Assembly: GCA_025558095.1 (NCBI GenBank)
Contig: JAIVFI010000016.1
Span: 124,001-188,000 of the forward strand
Reading direction: 5' to 3'
From: Hyaloraphidium curvatum SAG 235-1
Taxonomy: Eukaryota > Fungi > Monoblepharomycota
DNA: 64,000 nt
The position numbers and the translations under genes were made by a program. The notes beneath the pieces are model-generated. The model had not been told where the DNA came from and did no database searches. It worked only from the letters and a program-made list of their open reading frames with translations. Positions 54,812 to 64,000 of this stretch are shown here, piece by piece; the stretch's first letter is position 1, and every line of letters starts with the position of its first letter.

Positions 54812-55925
54812 CTGGTACGGTGAGATCAACGTTGCCGCCGATCCAGGCAATGCGCTGGTTGACTCTGGGAAATGCCTGCCCTGCCCCTGCACCCACGGCC
54901 TCCCTGACGGACCGCAGGAAGGCGTCAACCTCATCCTCGGTCGTGTCCCACGAGCACATCAACCGCACGATGTGTTTGTCCTCGTCCCACGTATAGAAGT
55001 GGAACTCCTCCTGAAGCGGCTGGATCACATCCTGCGGCAGCCTGGCGAAGACCGCATTGGCCTTCGTGGGCTGCACTATCTCCGCCCGCCAGCCCGGGAT
55101 CGCCGCGATCCCCTCGCTCAGCCTCCTCGCCATGGCGTTGGCGTGCCTTGCGTTCCGCCACCACAGATCCGTCCCGAACATCTCCGTGAACCCCGCCCCG
55201 ACAAACCGCTGCTTGCTCGCCATCTGCGCCAGCTGCTTCGCCGCGCGGGGGAGCATCTCCCTCATCCCCGGGTCCCGGTTGAGCACCACGACGGCCTCGC
55301 CGGCCATCAGCCCGTTCTTGGTGCCCCCGAACGAGACGACGTCAGCGCCGATGCCCGAGGTGATGGCCGCGATCGGCACGCCGAGCGCCGCGGCGGCGTT
55401 GCTGAGCCTAGCACCATCGACGTGCAGGAACATGCCCAGCTCGTGAACCGCGTCCGAAAGCGCCCGCATGTCCTCCACACTGTATATCGTGCCCCACTCG
55501 GTCGGCTGCGTGATCGACACGGCCTTCGGAAACGCGTAGTGCACGTCCCCCCGCCTCACGGCATGCTTCCTCACCAATTCGGGTGTCAGCTTCCCGTCAG
55601 CTGTCGGCACCGTGATCAGCTTGAGCCCCAGCAGCCTCTCGGGCGCGCCCCCCTCGTCCACGTTGATGTGCGCGCTCGCGGCGCACATCACGGCGTCGGA
55701 GCGCCCGCAGAGGAGCTGCAGCGCGGCGCAGTTGGCGCCGGTGCCGGTGCAGAAGAGCTCCACGGCGGCGTCGGGCGCGCCGCACGCGGAGCGGATCGCG
55801 GCCTTGGCGGCCGTGGTGAAGTCGTCGTTGCCGTACGCGGGGAAATGGCCGGCGTTGCAGGCGACGATCGCGTCGAGGACCGCGGGATGCACGCCGGCGT
55901 AGTTGTCGGACGCGAAGCCCTTCAT
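54798..55925 (-). CDS. Low-specificity L-threonine aldolase (bacterial ASDNY type)
   Basis: FASDNYAG.HP, YG.D, TGTGAN, AHI.VDE.GAPE, TQPTE.GT.Y, HVDGAR..NA, SFGGTKNG, VRLMCSWDT. Confidence 0.93.
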   Translation of the reverse strand: MKGFASDNYAGVHPAVLDAIVACNAGHFPAYGNDDFTTAAKAAIRSACGAPDAAVELFCTGTGANCAALQLLCGRSDAVMCAASAHINVDEGGAPERLLGLKLITVPTADGKLTPELVRKHAVRRGDVHYAFPKAVSITQPTEWGTIYSVEDMRALSDAVHELGMFLHVDGARLSNAAAALGVPIAAITSGIGADVVSFGGTKNGLMAGEAVVVLNRDPGMREMLPRAAKQLAQMASKQRFVGAGFTEMFGTDLWWRNARHANAMARRLSEGIAAIPGWRAEIVQPTKANAVFARLPQDVIQPLQEEFHFYTWDEDKHIVRLMCSWDTTEDEVDAFLRSVREAVGAGAGQAFPRVNQRIAWIGGNVDLTVPGDGR

Positions 55926-56208
55926 CCTTCTCGGAGTCGGCAGCCGGCCTGTGCGAGGGGCGCGGGGTGTTTGCTTGTCCGCTCGGCCCGGCGAGCAACT
56001 CCAAAGCTCAACGAGGCCCCAAAGCTCCGAAGGAAGCTCGCCGCCGTCTCGATCATCGGAATCCAACGATGATTCTGTACGTCTATGATAATGAAGGATG
56101 ACATGCACACCAATCAGAGTCAATCAGGTCCAACATCCCCGCCAATTCCGTCCCCTCCACCCCTTCCCTCCAAGACCGTGTCCAAGCCCAATAACGTCCC
56201 CATCCAGC

Positions 56209-57381
56209 TCACTGCTCCTTGGCCGCAACCTCGTCGTCGTCGTCCGTCCTGCGCTCGGGCTCCTCTTCCAGCCCCTTGGCCCTGCGCTCGTCCTGCCGCC
56301 TGCGCCAGGCGAGGAAGTTGCCGGCGGTGCCGAAGACAAAGTCCCAGTGGGACGTGGCAAAGTTACCACGGTTCTGCCAGTGCTTTCGGGCAAGAGACGT
56401 ATGAAGATCGAGCGAGCGACGATCAGACGGGGCGACCCACGTGGTAGTCGTGTACCGGGGGCCAGATGATGAGGTTCAGCGGGTTCCAGGGGAACAGGTA
56501 CCCGCAGTGAACCTGAAAGTCGAGGATGTTGGACCAGAGGATCCAGACAAGCCAGGTGAAGAGGTCGAACTTGAAGAGAAGGGCCGTGAGGTCCGAGATG
56601 ATCATGATCCCGAAGCTCTCCCCGGCGTCGTTCCAGGCCGTGGCGCCGACGTTGGTCACCTTGAACTGGTCTGCGGGGGCGAGGAACATAGAGAGTCAGG
56701 AGGTGATCGTGGGCCCGGCAGGCAGATTGAAGACGCACGGTGCTGTTTGTCTGAAAGAGGACGAAATGGGTCAGTTCAAGCGTAGACACCTCGGCGGACC
56801 TGTTAACCCACGGAGGTGCTTGTAGAGCCGGGGGTGGTGGGCCGCGCGGTGGAACCAGTAGAACCCGAGGTCGAACGTGAAGTAGGCCAGCAGCATCTCG
56901 CCCGCCAGGAACAGCGGCGACCTCGGGAACGACGACACGGGCTGGCGGCCGCCGCTGAAAAACACCCAGTAGGCCACGGCCGACCGCACGGCGCCCTTCC
57001 AGAAGCCGTATCGCAGGCCGTCGACGACCTTGTCGTTGAGCTCTTGCGGCTCGGTGCGCTCGTGGAGCTTGTAGCGCTTCAGGCCGAGGAGGTTGTGCTT
57101 GTCGATGGCACGGAAGAAGTTGTAGAGGACGATGTAGGACTGGAGGACGAGGAGGTCAGGAGAGGTCGGACACCATAGTGCGCGGCCACGCCCACCACCC
57201 AGAAGACGCCGAATGAGAGCGCGGTGTGCAGCAGCGTGTCGCCGAGGAGGTCCCGCGCCGGCGCGACGAAGGCGAGCCACTGGCGACCGAGCGCGGCCCA
57301 CGCGCCGTCGCCGAGGAGGTGGGCGGGCAGGCCGCCCGCGGGCGACGAGAGGGGAGCAGAGGTGTAGTTGTTCGAGTTCAT
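56209..57381 (-). CDS. Fatty-acid hydroxylase/sterol desaturase family membrane di-iron enzyme
   Basis: His boxes YWFHRAAH, HKQHH, HCGY, HDYHH, GNF...WD.VFGT assembled across introns, including a 12-nt microexon 56739-56750. Confidence 0.88.
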
Positions 57382-57787
57382 TGTGCCGTCAGTAGTGGCG
57401 CGGCGCTGGGGCGGGACCGGGGTTTTGAGCCGGAGCGGACGGGCGGCATCCGTGGTCGGCGATCGACCGATCCTCCATGATCCCAATGACTAACCGACCC
57501 GTTGAGTAATCCCGTTCCGTCTCCAGATAGAAGACAGGAGCCAGGGGAGGCGCGCTGGCGTCTCCGTTCAGTAGTCAAGGGAGTCAGTCATGCACCGGCT
57601 AGCCTTCCTGGGTAGTTGCGGGGGACTCGGCGGGTGTGGCAAGGACCCGCGAGGACATCGTCCAGGACCGAGTCACACCGGCACACAAACGCGTGATCGG
57701 CTCGAAGTTACCATGTTGCCGGTACCAAGTTCATCATACGAAGTCTTGTACAGAGGCCGTTAACTTTCCGCGTCCTGCCGAAACTGC

Positions 57788-59386
57788 TCAAGCTTGGGTG
57801 CCGTTCGCGGCTTCTCCGTCAATTCCGGCCGCGATCGTGCCCGACGACCCCTGCCAGCTCACAAGCTTCCTCAGCTGCGGCGTCTTTTTGTGCACGTGCT
57901 CCTCCATCCTGGCCAGCAGAACGTCCAGGTCCGAGATCGCGTCCAGAATGAAAGGTCCCTTGTTCAACATGATACACTCGGCCCTCGCACCCATCGCCGC
58001 ATCGGTCTCCTCCCCCCTGCTCCTGAGCCCGCCCTTGACGAGGTTCTCGAGCACCTGCGTCGCCCAGATCACAGGCACCCCCGCCGCCTCGCCGAGCCAG
58101 AGGATCTCCTCTTGCATCTCGGCGGTGCGCGCGAAGCCGAGCTCGATGGCGAGGTCTCCGCGGGCGATCATCAGCGCGGCGGGTTGCCTGCCGGCGGCGC
58201 GCACGAGGATGTCGGGCAGGTTGCGCACCGCGCGGGCGGTCTCGATCTTGAGAATCACGGGCAGCCGGCGCGCCTTGGCGGGGTCCAGGGCCGCGAGGGC
58301 GTCCTGGAGGAGCGCGACGTCGTCGGGTTCCTGGACGAAGGAGTAGGAGATGCCGTCGGCGTTGGCGGCCGCGAACAGGAGGTCCTCTGCGTCCTTGGCA
58401 GTGAGCGCGGGCACGCGGAGGTCCGAGTCGGGGAAGTTGAGGCCCTTTTCGGGCTTGAGCTTGGCGCCGCCCTCCTTGCAGCGGTTGATGCGGGCCACGA
58501 TCATGGGCGGGGCGGTCGCGGTGCGCTCCACCACGCACTGGATCTTGCCGTCGTCGATGAAGAGGTGGTGCCCCGGCGCCGCGGCCGCCAGCGCCTCTGG
58601 AAGCGTGCACTCGACGGCAAAAGCGACGTCGGCGTCGAACTCGGCAGCCAGGCCGCCTGGCGCTACCACGGCGAGGCGGTCGCCCACGACGGCACGCTTG
58701 GCCCCGTGCAGGGCCCTGCCCGCCCCCGTGCGGATCTTGGGGCCGGCCAAGTCCATGAGCACCTTCATCCTGCGGCCCGTGGCGCGCTCGGCCTCCCTGA
58801 CGTGGCTGATCATCTTGCTCCACGCCTCGGCATGATCGTGCGCGCAGTTGATCCGCACGGCCTCCACGCCGCGCTCCGCCAGGCTCCTTACGAAGCCCGG
58901 GTCCGCGGCGGCCTCGGACGGCAGCGTGACGAGCAGCGCAGACGGCCTGCCTGCTGCGGGGGCGCCGAACAGCTCGAGGGCGCGGCGCCGCAGGGCTTCC
59001 TCGCCGGCGAAGAACTCGCGCGGGTGCGGCGGCGTCTCGCGCGGCATCCCGGCCAGCGCGGCGAGCGCGGCGCGAACGGACTGCAGGTTCGGCTGCACGC
59101 GCGACTCCAGCCGGCCGAGCGACGAGAGGCCGAGCGCCGTCAGCGCCCGCTGCAGCCCGCGCAGGTCCTGCCGCCGCAGCGACAGGTACCGCGCGAGGTT
59201 GTCGGCCGACGGCGCGAATTCCTCGCGCTCAACCCATTGCGCCCACGCGGCGCGCTGCGGGGCCGAGTCGGCCTCGATGTAGGACAGCAGAGAGGTGATT
59301 TGGGCGTGGAGTCGCGCGGCCTCCGCGGCCGGGTCGTGCCGCCCGGAATCGTCCTCGGCGTGGTGCGTGCCGTTGATTGCCGGCAT
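57788..59386 (-). CDS. Pyruvate kinase, atypical bacterial type
   Basis: SA.NLA.YL.LR..DLR.LQ..L..LGLSSLGR.E N-term; RINCAHD, MDLAGPKIRTG, KIET, MIARGDL.IE, IWATQVLE, RAECIMLNKG; intronless. Confidence 0.93.
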   Translation of the reverse strand: MPAINGTHHAEDDSGRHDPAAEAARLHAQITSLLSYIEADSAPQRAAWAQWVEREEFAPSADNLARYLSLRRQDLRGLQRALTALGLSSLGRLESRVQPNLQSVRAALAALAGMPRETPPHPREFFAGEEALRRRALELFGAPAAGRPSALLVTLPSEAAADPGFVRSLAERGVEAVRINCAHDHAEAWSKMISHVREAERATGRRMKVLMDLAGPKIRTGAGRALHGAKRAVVGDRLAVVAPGGLAAEFDADVAFAVECTLPEALAAAAPGHHLFIDDGKIQCVVERTATAPPMIVARINRCKEGGAKLKPEKGLNFPDSDLRVPALTAKDAEDLLFAAANADGISYSFVQEPDDVALLQDALAALDPAKARRLPVILKIETARAVRNLPDILVRAAGRQPAALMIARGDLAIELGFARTAEMQEEILWLGEAAGVPVIWATQVLENLVKGGLRSRGEETDAAMGARAECIMLNKGPFILDAISDLDVLLARMEEHVHKKTPQLRKLVSWQGSSGTIAAGIDGEAANGTQA

Positions 59387-59758
59387 GCTGTATGATTCGT
59401 GGTTGAGATTCCTTCGGGGACGAAGCGGAATTGTATGCGTCGGAAGGACGCCACCCTCAGGCTGAACGCGACCCCGTGCCGAGCACGCGGCACAGCCATC
59501 GGATCCGATGAGTCAAGCCGCCATTCAACACTCCAGATCTGCGCGAGATCATCGGGTGGAGGTCGTGGAGCGTGCTAAGCGAACGTTGGGGTTGCTGGCG
59601 TGAATGGGACCGGTTTGGATGGGATGCGTTGACCTCAAGGGGTAACGACGGCAGTTTGGAGGTCTCTCGCTCTACTATGATTGAGCGGCACAAAGAGATT
59701 ACGGGAATACCGTTGCGGCATACGGTTGCTTGGAATAGCTGCTTTTTCGCTCTCTGAT

Positions 59759-61471
59759 CTAGACCTTGTTGGCGCACTGGCACCACAGTTCGGAGCCGCG
59801 GCACTCGGCCTCGATGACGGCCGAGTTGGACGAAACCGGAAACTGGCCAGCGGCCTGGGAAACCCCGCACCCGTCGAGGCATCCGGCAAAGGCGGAGGTC
59901 CTGCGACCAACACGGATGAGCGTCGTCCACCAGCAGCACTCACGGCGGACACTTACGGGCAGAAGGAATCCCCGCCGGCGTACCTCTTCCACTCCACCTT
60001 GGCGGTCCAGGTGCGCTGGCAGTCCCCGCCGGCGCCCTCGCGAACGCACTGCGCGCGAATCTGGCGAGAGTTGGTCGGGCAGGGGCTCTGGCTGCCGAGG
60101 TAGGCGTCGGCGTAGATGTAGCCGGAGTAGCGAGAGGTGATGGACTTGCAGAGGTCGATGCCCTGCTGCACGGCGTTGGAAGAGAGGTAGTTGAGGCAGG
60201 GGGACTCGGGCCTGCGGTGGAGGTCAGGGAAAGTCGAACTGTGTTGGCGACGGGACCGAACTCACCAGTACTCGCAGAGCTGGACGGTGTCAGTGACCGG
60301 CGGCGGCGGCGGAGGAACCGGGGGCTGCACGCCAAAGGACTGCATGGTCCTCGTGCACCATCCCTTGGGGTCTTCGTAACCCGAGTCGCCCCAGACGCCG
60401 GCGTGGATGGGCCCGCACTCGAAGTAGGGCGTCGAGCCGTCGGCGGTGGCAGCGAGCTGCTCGCAGCAGGCCTTGTCGGTCCAGATGCAGTCGCGGGAGT
60501 TGAGGGACATGCAGGCGGCTGTAGAGGAGAGCCGGTTGGCAAACACGACGACGATCCGGCGCCCGCGTAAGCTTACCGTTTTGCCAGGCGGTGAGCTTCA
60601 CAGGAACGTAGCTGTCGGAACCGTAGCCGTCCTGGAGGCACCTGAAGGCCGACCCGCCGTAGTTGGGCCCACCGGTGGGCGCCTTGCAGCCTCCGGAAGG
60701 CGGGGGCGGGGGAGGAACGCCGCATTGCTGGCGTCGACAACGAGATCAGCCGGGATCACGACCGATCAGCCCGGGGCAGGTCCCACCGTCTGGGGCATGT
60801 TCAGGTAGAGTTGCTGCCACGCCTCCTTGCACCACGGCACGGGGCCGCCTCCGGGAGGGCACAGGGCGCCGGGGACCATCTGGAGCGCGGGCTTGGCGAG
60901 CGGCTTGAGGACGGAGCAGCCGGCGTCCGAGAACCAGGTGCAAGTCTGTGCGGAGGGGGCGCAGCGGGTCAGGACCGCGCCAAATCCCGCCGGAAGTGCC
61001 GTCGTACGTTGTAGTCGCTGCCGAGGCACGAAATCTGGCCAGTCTCGCCGTAGACGGTGTAGGGCGTGACGAGGACATAGGCGTCATCAGCGCACGACTT
61101 GATGCAGCGGTTCGGCGAGCCCTTGGCGGACACGCCGCACCAGGCCGCGTGAGGGGTCGAGCCCCCGCAGCGGGTGCCGTCGGGCTTCATGCCGAACTGG
61201 TCCGAGGTGGCGAAGGGGCGGACCCAGATGAGGTTGTTCGTGCGGGCGCAGGCCTGGGCGAGCCAGCTGTCGCCGGCCGAGGTGTCGACGCAGCCGGCAA
61301 ACTGCGGAGCGTCAAGTGCGAGGCGTCAGCGCGGTCCGATGGCGGCCAGGGAGGGGAACCGACCGCCCATCCGATTTCGTCAGAGAGCGGCGGCGGCGAG
61401 TACTGCGCGGCGGCGCCGGTGGTGGCGGCCAGCGCGAGCGCGGCGCCGGCGAGGAGGGCGACGAGCGGCAT
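59759..61471 (-). CDS. Secreted Cys-rich multidomain protein with Pro linkers
   Basis: Signal MPLVALLAGAALALAA; repeated C.W.D..CC...(P/G)WC module; several GT-AG introns; last exon ends ...ELWCQCANKV* at 59759. Confidence 0.7.
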
Positions 61472-62204
61472 TGGAAGAAGCGTTGTCTGACGGTGTCCTT
61501 GCAACCTGACGGGGGGAGCTGCGGCTGCTTTTGAATGTCCCAAAGGGAATTGGCGGTCCCTACTTCCTGTTCAGGGGTTTCATCGACGGTCCAGACCTGC
61601 GCCCCACCGCCTCAGCTGCTGATCCAGCTGTGCCCCTTTTCCGGCTTCCTTTCCGCCTCGCCGCCCGCTGCGCCGATGTCCGATGTCCGTTTACCCGGTT
61701 GGTCCGGCAACATCTGGTCTACGCCTCGGACGGACGACGGTGAGCGAAAAGTCGGGCAATCCTCAAAGCTCGAACGACCGCTCCTGCTGACTAAACGATG
61801 GCTTAAGTTCCGAATCTCACATGATCGCACTTGCCACGACCCGTCAAGGACTCATCGGTCCACACAGAGCTCACCGTTCCAAGCACCCTGCCGGCCCATG
61901 TGTTGTTTCGGCCACCGCACACATTGTTCTGTTTTGGAGCACCCTCCACGGCATGACAATGCCGTCGAGACTGCGCATCCTGCAAGGGCGTCGTATCTAT
62001 CCGCCCCACGCGGGGAACGGCAAGGAGTCGATCTCGCTGCTGGTTTACCGTCGGAGGCGATCACAAGGCGGGGCGTTGTCCGGACAATGAAGGCAGAAAC
62101 AGGCACAGCCTTCGATACAAAGAGCAAACTGGCATCGCATTGCCGGGGCATCAGGAAAACTGCCCGCTTCGCCTTTAATTCCCGGTCCCGACCGCCTGCG
62201 CGCC

Positions 62205-63403
62205 TTAGAACATGCTCGGCAGGATCACGTTCTGCGGCCTCCGCCCCTCCACCACCGCGCTCGCCATCGTCTCGGCCGCCAGCCTGCGGATGTCGGCCGC
62301 GGCCTGCGGGGAGTAGTAGGCCACGTGTGAGGAGACGGCGAGGCGGCCGAGGAGCCAGGGCTCGCGGGCGCGGTACGCGGCGATCAGCCGGGAGGGTGGG
62401 TCCGCGGGGGGTTCGTCTGCGAAAACGGGCACGCGAGTCAGTTCAAAAGCCGTGGCGGGCGGCGCGACAAAATGCCCACCAGGCAAGCAATCCAACCCGG
62501 CCCCCGCCAGCTTCCCGCTCTTGAGCGCCTCGTACACCGCCTCGTCGTCCACGATCGGCCCCCTGGCCGTGTTGACCACGATCGCGCCCTCGGGCAGCAG
62601 CGCCAGCTGCTCCTTCCCGATCATCATGCGCGTCTCCGGGGTCAGCGGGCAGTGCACCGTGAGCACGTGGGATTGGCGGCACAGTTCGGCCAGGGAGCGC
62701 ACGCGGCGGGCGCCGACGGCGAGCTCGGTGCCGTTGGGGACGTACTGCGGCGGCACGGATGGCGGGTCAGAGGGAAACGGCGCGGTCGGCACAGGCTGCC
62801 TGCCCACCGGATCGTAGCACACCACGTCCATCCCGAACGCCTTGCACCTCAGCGCGACCGCGGTCCCCATCCTCCCCAGCCCCACGATCCCGACGGTCTG
62901 CACGCCCATCCGGAGGATCGTCGGCACGGGGACGAGGCCCCACTTGTAGGGCGGGGTGCGCAGCGCGTCGTGCTGCATGAGCAGGCCGCGTCGAAGGGCC
63001 AGGATGAGGGCCATGGCGTGGTCCGCGACCTGCGAACAGGGCCGAGGATGACATCTCGCTGTAGACCCATTTTGCCAGACCGACGCACCTCGGTCGTCCC
63101 ATAGTCAGGCAGGTTCATCACCAGCACCCCCCTCCTCTCCGCTTCTTTCCTGTCCACCCCGTCGTACCCCACACCCATCCGGCACACCGCCTTGAGCTTC
63201 GGGAACCTCGCGAAATCCTCCTTCGTCACGCGCCACTTGAGTATGCACAGGCCGACGACGTCCTCGCAGTCCTCCTGCCGGAGCTCGGCGATGGAGTTGA
63301 CCGTGCGCAGGCGGAGCTCGACGCCGGGGCCGTAGATGGGCCCCTCGACGGCCGCGTCGGGGTACAGGCCCTCGGGGTACAGGACCACGGGTTTGGAGGG
63401 CAT
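62205..63403 (-). CDS. D-isomer-specific 2-hydroxyacid dehydrogenase (CtBP-like)
   Basis: RMGVGYD.VD, N.PDYGT.EVADHA, GIVGLGRMG, HCPLTPET, VNTARG, GAGLD, SHVAYYS; 3 introns. Confidence 0.93.
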
Positions 63404-63514
63404 CGAGGCGGATGGAGGGGGAGGAGGGGCTGCGGAGCGTGGGGGACGTTTTCTGGAAGTTGAGCCGGTGCGGGCGATCGGCAACGCGTGGATCCTCGCC
63501 ACGCGCCTGCGCCA

Positions 63515-64000
63515 ATGCCCGGCAGAGTCCGCGCGTATCTCGCCGCGTCGCTCGACGGCTATATTGCCGGCGAGAACGACGAGCTGGACTGGCTCGGGGC
63601 GTCGGGCCCCGCGCCCGACTCGGAGCTCCCGGACGGCGTCCTGGGCTTCGAGGCTTTTATGGCCCAAGTCGGCGCGATGGTGATGGGCCGCCGGACGTAC
63701 GACGTGGTCGCGACGATGGACGGCGCCCCGTGGCCGTACGGCGATATCCCCGTGCTCGTGGCCACGCACAGGCCGCTCGAAGGTGCAAGGCCGACCGTGC
63801 GTGCGGTCGAGGGGGACATCGCAGGCATCCTGGACCGGGCGATCGCGCTGGCGGGGGACAAGGATGTCTACGTCGACGGCGGGGAGACGCTGCGGGCCGC
63901 GCTGGACGGCGGGAGGGTCGACGAGGTCGTGCTGAGCGTGGTGCCCGTGCTCCTGGGCAAGGGCCGGCCACTGTTTGCGGGTCTGGAGGGGAGAAAACGG
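63515..64000 (+). CDS. Dihydrofolate reductase/RibD C-terminal family protein, 3'-partial (missed by the ORF track)
   Basis: YLAASLDGYIAG...LDWL, VMGRRTYD, WPY, VYVDGG, VDE..LSVVPVLLG.G.PLF. Confidence 0.9.
   Translation, partial: MPGRVRAYLAASLDGYIAGENDELDWLGASGPAPDSELPDGVLGFEAFMAQVGAMVMGRRTYDVVATMDGAPWPYGDIPVLVATHRPLEGARPTVRAVEGDIAGILDRAIALAGDKDVYVDGGETLRAALDGGRVDEVVLSVVPVLLGKGRPLFAGLEGRKR

Noticed and set aside
61535-62200. ORFs in the intergenic gap
   Set aside because: No motifs or splice-consistent model
1-64000. Many long overlapping Arg/Pro/Gly-rich ORFs in the six-frame track (e.g. 14920-16845, 14968-17076, 52423-54312, 57794-59395, 37603-39225)
   Set aside because: Shadow or antisense frames of real GC-rich genes; no motifs
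1-64000. Bacterial contig or contamination, given many bacterial-type enzymes
   Set aside because: They are interleaved with spliceosomal-intron genes (XAP5, RPS24) of similar composition

Overview
GC-rich, gene-dense eukaryotic DNA, not bacterial. Most genes carry short (~50-60 nt) GT-AG introns with CTRAC/CTCAC branch sites, so the ORF track splits many of them. Gene content (FAM50/XAP5, RPS24, TKL receptor kinase, peroxisomal AKL enzymes) and style suggest an early-diverging fungus, possibly a monoblepharid such as Hyaloraphidium; this is inference. About 33 protein genes or gene remnants can be supported, plus an intronic C/D snoRNA whose guide matches U6 A47, a solo LTR with a 4-bp TSD, and a decayed RLE-type (CRE-like) non-LTR retrotransposon. 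Highlights: (1) two paralogous 7-TM proteins with the topology of insect gustatory/odorant-receptor-like ion channels (7TMIC/GRL/DUF3537), one with a nonsense codon; (2) a single-pass receptor kinase with a STIG1-like, EGF-like and ricin-like ectodomain; (3) a secreted SUEL-lectin/MACPF pore-former; (4) a four-gene oxygenase/thioesterase block, two members ending in PTS1; (5) a Popeye-like membrane protein; (6) several intronless bacterial-type enzymes that are HGT candidates. All family calls come from motif recognition by eye; no database searches were run.
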